Shown in pieces: positions 23,313 through 35,100 of a DNA stretch of 64,000 nucleotides. This DNA is from Ostrea edulis. Its lineage: Eukaryota. The notes under the pieces were generated by a model that had not been told where the DNA came from, made no database searches, and worked only from the letters and a program-made list of their open reading frames with translations. The stretch lies in contig NC_079169.1 of NCBI RefSeq assembly GCF_947568905.1, positions 12,958,001 through 13,022,000 on the forward strand, in the 5' to 3' direction. How positions within the stretch are numbered: position 1 is the first letter of the stretch; the number at the start of each line of letters is the position of its first letter. Both the position numbers and the translations under genes were made by a program.

Positions 23313-24099
23313 GCATGGATGGCATTGAATGACGTTCTGAGACCAAACAAACACAGATGGTGCTGGGGATTCATCGTTAAGCCATGTCACAAATTTGATT
23401 GGTACGGCCAGGAACCAGTTTACCACACTACTGGTGACTACAACTGTGGAACATTCTGGAGGTCCTATAAATACCACTGGCACATGGACAGCTGTCAAAC
23501 GGCCAACTACTACGTCTGTGAGAAAGCATTGGTAAGATGTACCGAAATTCATAGCTATTTTGTAAGGTTTTTGTTACATTATCAAACAAAGCAATTGAAT
23601 TTGGTAGTTCTGAATCGTAATTTTTTCGTTTTCTTTTCAGGGAAAACCTTGTGTCTGTGTGTATTAATTGATGTGGAAGATACTTATAAATAAATTAACT
23701 ATTGGACGTCATCTATATCATACATTTCCTATCTCTTACAAATGAAAGTTGTTTCATGAGAAACATTAAATCACTCCATATATGAAATGATAAACTCCAG
23801 GGGATTAACAGCTTTTGTTTGATTTATACAATTGGCCCACCAATTATGACCTTGTTCCGGGTACCTGATGTACATGTACGTACATACTGGTTCACTGTTT
23901 GTTATCGTCACCTTTTCATACTTAAATAGTCTTTTATCAATCGTGTGCAAAAATTAACTCTATTTATATAACTGAATGTATCGCATGTTTTTTTCAATGA
24001 ACAGCATTCATTTTCATGTAAAATATCGTGTTGAAGATTCGGAGAGAGAAATTTCCAGCTACATACATATGTTTTAGCGTCGACGAATCTCATAACACT

Positions 24100-25160
24100 A
24101 ATTCCTTTTTATGTTTCCAAGTATCACCCTAATGACACGAGACTCAATTATATGACAAACTATTCCATATCTGCTTCATATGTAGACATATTTCAAAAGC
24201 AAACTAACAACACAATTTTAAAACAAACGAGACTATTGATGTAGCAATAACCCGTGATAAGTAAATCGTGTTTATGTCTCTCTGCTGATTCAATATGCTA
24301 TAACATATTCTGCAAATAATCAATCTTTTAACATTAAGACAGTCTACAGACCATTAATTTTATGCTACAGGGTTGCAACAGTCTCGTTTAAGGTCAACAT
24401 TTTTCCAATTCTAGAGTCGTTATAATCTAATTTGCAACCTGTCATAAAGTCGAATGCTGTAAGACTGTACACGTATCATACCAATTCTTAGACCGTTATC
24501 CATATGCAAGGTGAAGATAACGAACAGTGATCAATCTCATAACTCCTACAAGCATTACAAAATAGATAGTTGGGCAAACACGGACTCCTGGACACACCAG
24601 AGGCGGGATCAGGTGCCTAGGAGGAGTAAGTATCCCCTGTTGTACTAATTACGATTGTGACCACGGGTCACTCAGTTTACATGATCAAGATAGAGGGCTC
24701 TTGGCCGGTTTGACCGGCCAATAGGAGGTGCTTACTCCTTCTAGGCCCTTCATCTTACTTTGGTGTTCCCAAAGTTAGTAGTAGTCCAACTCTTAATTTT
24801 GTATTCCTTTTAAGAGTTATGAGATTAATTACTATTCGTTATCTCCACCTTTTCATTTCTGGAACCAGGTTTGGAGTTTCAACTCCAAGTTTATTAATCC
24901 TGCTCATACTCCAAGTTCTCTTCAAAGATAAAATCTTTCAAAGACGACAGTCAGTTTGTTTCATATTTGATTTGCCAGTCAATGGGATGGTCAGTTACCG
25001 CAACTACGAAAGGCGAAGATAACGAACAATGATCAATATCGTAACTGCTATAAGATATACAAAATAGAGAGTTGGGCAAACACCTTTATTGACAATATCC
25101 ACGTAGTTTTTGGTAATCATGTCTTCACAAAGTCTGTTGGAATTCCAATGGGCATTGGAT
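24100..25160. mobile_element. Cluster of degenerate Naiad-type fragments in both orientations
   Basis: + remnant ~24100-24500, - UTR ~24505-24640, + UTR ~24660-24855, further pieces to ~25160. Confidence 0.7.
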
Positions 25161-25694
25161 GTGCTCCTTTCTTAAAGACCAAAAAAAAAAAAACACCGTA
25201 CGGTTGCTCCACGGATCACTGAATATGGGCGGAGCTTATCCATGGTCAATGTTATTTACCTGGAATTTACCTGGCCAAGAGATGGGTTGTTGTGTATATT
25301 TTTATGATATACACAGGAAAATTTTCAGGTTATTACAAATTATGCTTAGTGTCTTGATTTGTGCAAAAAAAAATTAAAATTTCTACCTACATGCATACCG
25401 CATTTCTATTTCCCGTAAACCTTCAAACTTGGTCATATTTATGTATTGCAAATAACAGGTTTAGCCCATTTCTAAACCTTTGCTTTTTAAAACTTCTAAT
25501 TAAATTGTTATATATCGTATATAAATAATTTCCTAAATATGATATTACCCGGCGTTTCCGGGCACTTCCTGGTGTCCTGGGAGTTCGCGGTGTCGTGGGT
25601 GTAGTAGGTCAAATATCCATGTTTCGAGAGAATGAATAAATCCAAGTAGATCTGTGTACATGTACAACCAAATGAAGAATGATCAAGATACCCC

Positions 25695-26089
25695 TCAATA
25701 TGGGCCGTCTGTAGGGTTTCTGTAGCTGTAGTGTTTGCGTAATGGTGGTATCCCAAACAGAAGCTGACACGAAGTCTACCCCCCCTCCTCTCTCTCTCTC
25801 TTTAGGGTTTCTGTGGACGTAGTGTTTGTGTAACGATGGCATCCCAAACAGAAGCTGACACGAAGTCTACACCCCCTCCTCTCTCTCTCTTTAGGGTTTC
25901 TGTGGAGTTAGTGTTTCTGTAACGATGGTATCCCAAACAGAAACTGGCACATAGCTAGTCTACCCCCCCCCCTTTCTCTCTCTGCCTTACTCTCAATCAT
26001 TGACTAAATGAGTAATTATTGTCATACGTATGCAACACTATTGCCATGCCATATTATTTCATCTATCTTTATTATTGCTACAGTCTTAC

Positions 26090-26150
<61 letters not shown>

Positions 26151-26197
26151 TCTCTCTTTATAAATATAAAACCGTGATCAATTATAAATAGCTCAAT

Positions 26198-26251
<54 letters not shown>

Positions 26252-26347
26252 ATAAATATAAAACCGTGATCAATTATAAATATCTCAATAACTCTCTCTC
26301 TCTCTAAATATAAAGCCGTGATAAATTATAAATAGAAATATCTCAGT

Positions 26348-26406
<59 letters not shown>

Positions 26407-26460
26407 AATATAAAGCCGTGATAAATTATAAATAGAAATATCTCAATAACTTATTTATGC
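25695..26460. repeat. Composite tandem repeat: three ~90-bp units, then (CT)n-containing units
   Basis: TAGGGTTTCTGTGG...CCCAAACAGAAGCTGACACG x3; (CT)n tracts alternating with TAAATATAAA(A/G)CCGTGAT(C/A)AATTATAAATA. Confidence 0.8.
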
Positions 26461-27039
26461 TTTTTTACTATTGTTTGATTTCTGATTGTGTAATTTATAA
26501 TCCATGTGGTATCTCAAACAGAAGCATTTTTTAAACTACTGTAACAGTTTTACGCATGGGCAATATAACTATTATACATTTGATGTGCTGCGCCAATAAA
26601 GAATTGTTCATGTTTTTATAAATATAAAGCCACAATAAATCATTAATAGAAAATATTCCACTAAGTCGTGTTTTTTTTTTTATATTTTATTTTATTATTA
26701 TTATTATTATTGTTTGATTTCTGATTGTTTAATCTATAATACATGTATAAAGATGGAGAGAGAAAATACGATTAGAAATTAAAATATTCTAAGTGCGAGT
26801 CAATGCTATCAAAACTCAGGTATACTGGGGCTTTCCTCGAGATCTGAAGACTGCCGGTCATCATTAGCCATGATTGTTATCAAAACATCTTTCTCAGGTA
26901 GCTGTAGACCATGGTCTCTGCAAACGTCAATCAACGTAAGCTCTATTGTTAAAAGTTTGATTGACCAGCGGCTTATCATTGATCGCGACACAGGTAAAAT
27001 TTGGGGGCGTTAACTTAAAGTTGGGTCTTTAAATGACTT

Positions 27040-28420
27040 GTTTTTATATTCTTATAAGGCAGAATTTTATTCAGCTTCTCCATTGTCAGCTCCCCATATT
27101 CATGTAGGTTGTTCTTGGCACACCGATTTTGAATACAGATTACACCGTTTACCTGATCAAGACATAGTAATCACGGCGGGTGTGACCGGTCGACAGGGGC
27201 TGCTTACTCCTCTTAGGTACCATATCCTACCTCTAATGTGTTCAGGGGTCTATGTTTGTCAAACGTTTTATTTGGTATTCCTTAAAGGAGTTATGAGAGG
27301 TGAAGATAACGAACAGTGACCAATGTCATAACTCCTATAAGCAATACAAAGTAGAGAGTTCGGCAAACACAGGCCCCTGTACACACCAGAGTTGGGATCA
27401 GGTGCCTAGGAGGAGTAAGCATCCCCTGTTGACCGGTCACACCCGCTGTGAGCCCTATATCCTGATCAGGTAAACGGAGTTATCCGTAGTCAAAATCAGT
27501 GTACCAAGAACGGCCTAGCAATCCGTATGAAACACGTCAGAGAGCATTTGACCCAATGATAGGCTGAATTGATCAACTAGATCGTTATAACGACCATAGA
27601 ATTTGCGAGCTGCTGACTTCAATCGAGACTGTTGAAAACACTGTATCATCAACATCAAGATTGATCACTGTTCGTTATCTTCACTTTTCATTCAAAACCT
27701 TCTACATGAGAATTATCTGCCAGTGTCCTTCGAGTCGACATTTAGATATATCGACAATGTTTTATCTATCATTTTCATTCATTTGTATTAGATATATGCT
27801 AGTGAACTCAAAATTAAAGACACCACAGTTTTCCATATATCTTTTGTACTTATATATTTTATTGAACATAAATGTTAACTGCAAACTAACTAATCTTTAT
27901 AACAAAATGGACGACTTCAGCTTCTGCATCGTCAACTTTCCATAACAATATTCCATCATCATCTGCATATGGTGTTTATGTCTCTCAACTGATTCGATAC
28001 ATACGGGTGTGTTCTACTACGAGCTATGGACCAATGCTGATATTGACTATGACTTTGGAAGGCTATTGACATACAAGTTTATTGTTACTGGCCTTTGAAG
28101 TCTTGTTTAACGTCAGTATTACTCAATTCATATGGTGGTTATAACCATTTAATTTTCCAATACAACCTGAGATTAGCTCAAATATTCTCTGAAGTGTTTC
28201 ATACCGATAGTTAAGCCGTTCTGTACACACGGATCTTCACTACGAATGATTATACTCCCGAGATATAGGGCTCACAGGGGGTGTGACCAGTCGATAGAGG
28301 ATGCTTGTTCTCATGTACTTCATACCACCTCTGATATATCCAGGGTCCCTTGTGCCTACTCTTAATTTTGTATTCTTTATAGGAGTTATGAGATTGAACA
28401 CTATCTGTATGCTTTACTTT
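27040..28420. mobile_element. Tandem/inverted Naiad-type complex (+, -, +)
   Basis: + UTR to ~27298 joined directly tail-to-tail to a - copy 27299-27650; degenerate + RT/UTR copy to ~28420. Confidence 0.8.
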
Positions 28421-28789
28421 TCCGTTTTACATTCAGGTGGTGACGTTATCAATATATTTCTAGTAAGCTGATTCATGTATCTGCTAGAAGGTCTGGGACA
28501 ATTAGCAATAAGAGATTCATTATCATTTTGAACTCGTCTCCACAGTGTAATGTTAAAGTCACTTGATCTTCACTTCTAGTGGCGGACAATGCAACAGTCA
28601 CTAACAATGACTCAGGTCTGTCGCTGCATCAAATAGAAACCGCTGCAAGTTTGATGAATGCCGATAAAATTCAATAAAATATTTAGGGATATTGCAAAAC
28701 TAACGGCATTTTGTTGGCAGTATGAAAATATCTCAAGATATCACTGTTAGCTATTTTCACCTTTCATATAACTAAATCATGTCATAATA

Positions 28790-29790
28790 CAGTATTTATC
28801 TTTAAATATTTTCTATATTGTTGCATATGTCAAGATGCATTGCATATTCTGTTGGGCAAGTGGCCTGGGGTAATCCAAAACCCTTTTTCAGAACTGTTGA
28901 AATTATTTAAAACAATGGCGGTGATGACCCATTAGCCATATATAATCCTCCTGCTCATATTAAGATGCATTGAGTAATCTGATGGACAAGTGCTCCGGGG
29001 TCATTACAACGCATTTCATACATTGATTGTTCTATAACATGGTTGAGATTCCAATCCTTTAAGCAAATGTATTCTTGTTGCACATAACTTAATGCACTGA
29101 GTACCAGGTTTTAATTTGTCTTTTCCCACCCCGTTTAACCCTCATGGTGAAAAATAAAAATTCTGAAAGCTTATTGCACATCAAAAGGATACCACTAATC
29201 ATCTCCCAGAAGATTATTTGGTTACTGCATAAACTATAAGAAGCGTTCTGGGAGCCAGGTTTGTCTATAGCAAAACGTTGTTTTTAAACCCTGAATATAC
29301 CCCCAGGATAAAAATGAAAATTCCGAAACCTTATTGCACAGCAATAAGACAGCACCAATTATCTTTTAGGCGATTATTTGGCTACTGAGTAAACTGTTCT
29401 AAGAACCAGGGTATTTTTAAAGAAAAAAAATCGTTTCTGTAACCCTCATTTGACCATAGGATGTAAACGAAAATTCCAAAACCTGCACATCTACAGGACA
29501 TCACTATTCATCTTCTAAAAGATGATTTGGTTATTGTTTAAAGGGTAATAGGAGCTCTGGGAACCAGGTTTGTGTAAAAAAAAATATCGTTTCCTGACCC
29601 CGATGTGCCAAAATATAAAATTGAAAGTTTCTAAACCTTATTGTAAATCTACAGGACACCACCTATCATATTCCAAAAGAGTAAGTATATAATGCTTAAA
29701 ATGAAAGACGAGTTTGAGAATGAAAAAGCGTGACGGACAGACCATGGTAACAATATACCTGAACATTCTTTAAAATGTGTGGGTGTAATC
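28790..29790. mobile_element. Probable Helentron-associated (HINE-like) element with ~160-bp internal tandem repeats
   Basis: 3-4 diverged units (CTTATTGCACATC...GATTATTTGG...GGGA(A/G)CCAGG), ending in GACGGACAGAC and a short terminal stem-like sequence, an organisation known for bivalve HINEs. Confidence 0.45.
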
Positions 29791-29978
29791 AGTTACAAAT
29801 AAATCGTTTTGATATATTGCGTTTAAGAGAGAGAGATATGGTGTGTCATTCTTAATTTAAACATGGCATGCAAGACCTTAAAACAATACATGTGGACATT
29901 GTTATAAGTATCATACCTCATGTATTGCCTTATACACCTGAATATAGAGCAATGAATTAATACTTTTGAATATCTTTA

Positions 29979-31732
29979 TTAATATTGACATTTACATGGT
30001 TTTCCCTGAAAAATATAAAGACAATTATTAATCATGTATCAATCTTACAAAGTCTAAAAATTCTAATTTTCATTTTCCCCCCTTCAAAACAGCTAACTCC
30101 GATTGAAATACAAACCAGTTTCATCTCGCAGACATAGTAATTCTTTTGGGCACAGCTGTCCACGTGCCAGTGGTAGTGGTAATGCTTCCAGAAGGCTCCA
30201 CAGTTCCAGTCGCCGGCTTTGTGGTACACGGGCTCGCTACCGTACCAGTCAAACTTGTGACACTTCTTCTTGCTGAATCCCCAGATCCATCTGTGGGCGT
30301 TGGGGTACAAACAGTCATTCAGACCCATCCAAGCTCCAGGGGATACTGCAATTATGGTAATTTGTGTTATTATTTCAAACAACCAGACCAACGCAGATCT
30401 GTATATCAGTCATAATTATTCACTGTTCCTTCGCCAAAAGTAAAATTAAATGTTAAGAACTAAGACACTACAAAATACTCGCTCTATAGTTTTTTAACTA
30501 AAGCTAAATACATACAGAAGTTTAAAGATGTATTCTGTATTGTTTAACGTCCCACGCAAGAATATTTCACTCATATGAGGTCCGTGTTTGCCCAACTATC
30601 TATTTTGTATTGCTTATAGGAGTTATGAGGTTGATCACTGTTCGTTATCTTCATCTTGCATGGAAACGTCACAACTGCCGATGAAAGGCTGTAAAATTTA
30701 GGCCTATGCTCGGGGCTTATGGCCTTGAGCAGGATGTTTTTTTATCATACCATACTTCTGTAACACAAGGTCTCGGTTTTGCCGTCTCATCCGAAGGACC
30801 GCCTCATTTAATCGCCTCTTACGGCAAGAAAGGGGTATTGAGGGTTTATTCTAGCCCGGATCCCCACCGGATGAAGTAAGACGAGCAGTCAGGACTCTCA
30901 CTATAGCAGTGACACTGACAATATAAACATCCATTGTATTGGACTGCCACCGGAGCATACAGAGACTTTTACTGAACATCCATTGTACTGAGGACGGAAC
31001 ATTACGAGAATTATACTGAACATTCAAAATACTGGACTGAGACCAGAGCATACAGAAGTATACTGAACATTCATTAAAACCGGAACAAAGGTCCAACTTT
31101 ACTATGGCTGCTATATTAGGTGGGACACCAATGAAAAATAAAGACAACAAACACTGAATCCAAGGCAATCGACACATCAGGTAATTAATGAAAGTGAATG
31201 TATTTTTCTTACCTCCATACATGGCCAGATGATGTCTGACGTAAGTGTTTTCGTGAGCCTCATCAACATTACACAAGAAACCGCCCATGGAAGCACACTT
31301 CATCTAAAATTTAATGGACATTATCGTAATTGAGAAATGAATAAACTCTCAGTAAAAACGTTTATACAGTGTTTCAGAGACGAAAACAAAATGACTTTAT
31401 TTCGAGCTTACTTCTGCCTGCCACCATGACAGTCTGTCTCGGCTGAAATAATAACAGCTCCCGTGATACAAGGACCAGCCATAAGGACAGCTCCCGGCCG
31501 CCACCTTGGCAGCCATGTACCCGAACTTGTTGTATCGTGGGGCATTGTTGTAGCTCGCCTCAACTTCAAATAATATTAAAAGTTATGATATTTTAAACAA
31601 AAAACCTTGCCTGAGTCCAACAAGATGCACTATCTTAAACAGTATACATCTTTAAGAAATAGTTTATCGAAAATTCTTCTTACCAGCAAACAAGACACCA
31701 CAAAGTAGTGCGAGAAAAATGTAAGCATTCAT
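29979..31732 (-). CDS. Secreted C-type lectin-domain protein, subfamily B, copy B4 (182 aa)
   Basis: Exons 31732-31684 (MNAYIFLALLCGVLFA), 31563-31412, 31303-31213, 30345-30116, 30005-29979 (GKPCKCQY*). Confidence 0.92.
30538..30880 (-). mobile_element. SINE-family repeat in intron 3 of B4, itself interrupted by a Naiad-type 3' stub (~30578-30662)
   Basis: TTTAACGTCCC...CACTCATATG, then the Naiad tail, then the SINE body resumes at GGAAACGTCAC. Confidence 0.7.
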
Positions 31733-32139
31733 GACAGCAGATATTCTCTGAGGACTCAGTAGAGAACCAAGGTATTTATACAATTCGATTGGTTGTTTGT
31801 GCAGTACGATCATGCTAAAATTAAAGCTTACCTAAACGATATTTACAAATACAACATATGTGCTTAATTGACCTGCTCAAACTACAGCCATATCAAAGAC
31901 GAAAGTGCAGAAATTACAAATAGTTATACATCGAAATCAACATAGTAATGGAATATTATCACAAACATAGCAATTTTTGCGAATAAATGAATAAATTATA
32001 TATAACACGTTTACCTTCACACTAAGAAAAGGCGTTCTATAATTTTCTGTGTGATTAACAGACATGGAAAGTTAACTCTGTGTAAACTCCATCAGTATAA
32101 ATAGGACGTCACTCTCTACGATTTCATCAGAGAAACAAA
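31733..32139. promoter_or_regulatory. Bidirectional promoter region B4/A4
   Basis: 407 bp; minus-strand TATAAATA at 31773-31780 and plus-strand TATAAATA at 32096-32103; highly similar to 55886-56293. Confidence 0.72.
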
Positions 32140-35100
32140 ATGAATTCCCTGTCCTGTCTTCTTGCTCTGTTCTGTGCTTTCTTCGTAGGTAAGTAACATT
32201 TTAAGGTTATATCAATTAGACCTCCAAAGAAACATAAGGTAACTGACGATTCAATATTATCTTATTTATATTTTTGCATTGAAATCAAACATATCAAAAA
32301 TATTGTCGGATGCTGTCTGTAAGACGTTTTTGCACACTGATTTTGACTAATGATTACGGTTACCTGATCAGGATATAGGGCTCACGGCGGGTGTTACCGG
32401 TCGACAAAGGATGCTTACTCCTCCTAGGTACCCGATCCCACCTCTGGTATATCCAGGGGTCCATGTTTGCCCATCTCTCTATTTTCTATTCCATAAAGGA
32501 GTTATGAGATTAATCACTTTACGTTATGTTCACCGTTTATTTTGGAACAGAGACTGCAAAGCTGAAAGAGAAAAGTTTACAAAGATTTATCATTTTACAA
32601 CTGAAATTTGTTTTGTAAAGCTTACATTTCAACAAAACATTAATTATGTCATTGAATCACTATTCATCGTCTGTGTGTGCCCCAAAATCAAGGAAACGAG
32701 AGTACCAAACAGACTTGTAAATGCATGGAAAACTCTAAACTGCAAATTATGTGAATGTCATATGAATTTCTGTAATGAACTGTATTTTTACTGATTTTTA
32801 TGAATGGTCATATCGGTATATTTTCACGAATTCATATGCAAAATCGATGTAGCGTTGAAATTGGCAAGTTAAAATCAATTTCCGATCTTTCTACTCCAGT
32901 CTGCGAAGCCAGTTACGGAAACAGACCAAGATACAGTGCCTTCAAGTACGCCGCTGCCAAGGTCACTTCCGGCGGATGTCCACACGGATGGCATCAGTAC
33001 AACAAACGTTGTTACTGGTTCAGCAGAGACAAGCTCAACTGGTACACAGCGTCTGTAAGTGGGGATCGGCATGATCATTAAGTTTGTTAAAGCATCTGAA
33101 ATAACAATAGACATGAGCATGTTGTATGCTTGTTTAATGAGTCATTGTAGCCGAAAAGAGTATCGCAGTCCCGCCAAGTAAACCCATACTCAAAGTAAAC
33201 CCATACTGAAAGTAAATACTCAAAGTAAACCCATACTGAAAGTAAATACTCAAAGTAAACCCATACTCAAAGTAAATACTCAAGTAAACCCATACTCAAA
33301 ATAAATTCATACTCAAAGTAAATACTCAAAGTAAACTCATGCTCAAAGTAAATACTCAAAGTAAACCTATACTCAAAGTAAACCCATACTCAAACTAAAT
33401 ACTCAAAGTAAACTCATACACAAAGTAAACTCATACACAAAGTAAACTCATACACAAAGTAAACTCATGCTCAAAGTAAACCCTTACTCAATGATAAATC
33501 ACGTCTATGAGAAAATATATATTATATAGATAAACATAAAGAGGTGAAACTCATAATCAGGATATCAGATATAAACTAATGGACCCTAAGCAGATCAAAC
33601 TGTATGGTATATCCTATACAGTTCAGTCTATTTCCAAAACTTTAATGACGTCATTCATTGTTATTAGTTGACGCATATTTCAACTACTCAATCAGAATCA
33701 GTTGGATATATTAATACAAAACTGTTTACTAGTTGTATAAATAAATATCCAAATGACAATTCGTTGGATATTCAAATATCTAACATTGCATATTTAACAG
33801 GTACGCAACTAGGTTAAGGGCTTCCATAGTCAAATGCACAATAATCATGGGGTGAAATTGCACCTCAAATTCACAGGTATCATTACACTTGTTACGGTTA
33901 AACACCGAAACGATACTACCCATATGTTGACGGTGACTGAGCTGCCGTAAATTCCCCTCATGGTAATTTCCAGTGACGTCAGTTAAATATCACGTAACAC
34001 TTTATTTTTGAAAAACAGCAAGAGGCCCTACTTGTGAACAAAATTCCAGGTTCTTGCGGATAACCAGATGAATTTTTATCGATAAACTAAAACAAATTAA
34101 AATCCTTAACATGAAAAGTGTTGGGAAACTCAAACTAACCATGCTGTAATTTAACAACATATCAACAGTCATCAGCGAATTACCGGGGTTGTCCACATTC
34201 TTATATTTATCATACCGTTAATATACAAGACAGAAATTTCTCCCTGCACTTTTCAAACGCATAAATATATCTAGATTATACAGCAGAAAAATTCATATTG
34301 TTTTTTATAGCAGATAAAGCTGAACTTTGCCGCTGTTTCTGTAGTATGAGATTATTTATGTACATGAGGGGATTTTTAAACGCATCAGTCTTTCAGATTA
34401 GGGGCGAGTTCAAGGTCACAATATAATATGAATATCACCTTCGTGCATACTATATATTAAAAATGGAGAATGATTTGATATCATAAAGGAATCATATATA
34501 TTATATATATATTCATTTGACAAGATTTATTTTCACGTATACAGCTTATCACTTGATAACAGTACAAAATAACGACAAAATATTATGACACTTTCCCCGC
34601 GATACAACTATCAGAACATGTACGCTGTGACGTACTTTTTCATTGTGACGTCATATGGTGCGAAGTGCAGAGAGGTACATTTATAACAGCACTGTATTTT
34701 TCTCGGATAGCCTGAAGGTAGCTCTATCCTCATGTGACTTATCAATATTAATGGTTAAAAGTGGAAAACCTTTATTAATTTCCATTCAATATAGTTTAAT
34801 TTGATTAATAACCAAAGAAAATGTATATGTTGCCACCTTTTTAAAGATGTCAGATATACAAAAACATAAGCATACATCAACATCAGAAAATCACACATTT
34901 TCGTAAAACAGAATAAGAAAATTAGATAAAACTTGTTGACATGACAAAATTTAAATATTAACAGTTTTAACAACTGCTACATGTAATTCATAAATATCTA
35001 TAGATTAATTGTGGGTATTAGGGAAACCAATGTGTAATAGACATCCAGTAGAGGAAATTCCAGCATAGGAGTTATTGCCCTTAACAACATTTTTTAAAAT

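Larger units (their letters stand above)
20988..23667 (+). pseudogene. Subfamily A lectin pseudogene A3 (exon 4 disrupted by a retroelement insertion)
   Basis: Exons 20988-21036, 22578-22732, 22995-23085, 23174-23531, 23641-23667; exon 4 carries a net 128-nt insertion (23190-23312 plus a GCATG duplication) that frameshifts into TGA. Confidence 0.85.

Noticed and set aside
23290-23317. Rescue of A3 by a cryptic acceptor (TAAG|CATGG) that would restore the frame
   Set aside because: The upstream sequence is purine-rich with no polypyrimidine tract; the original acceptor at 23173 is intact.
26809-26991. Protein-like minus-strand fragment (IDVCRDHGLQLPEKDVL)
   Set aside because: May be a transposon or exon remnant, but it is too short to assign without a database search.
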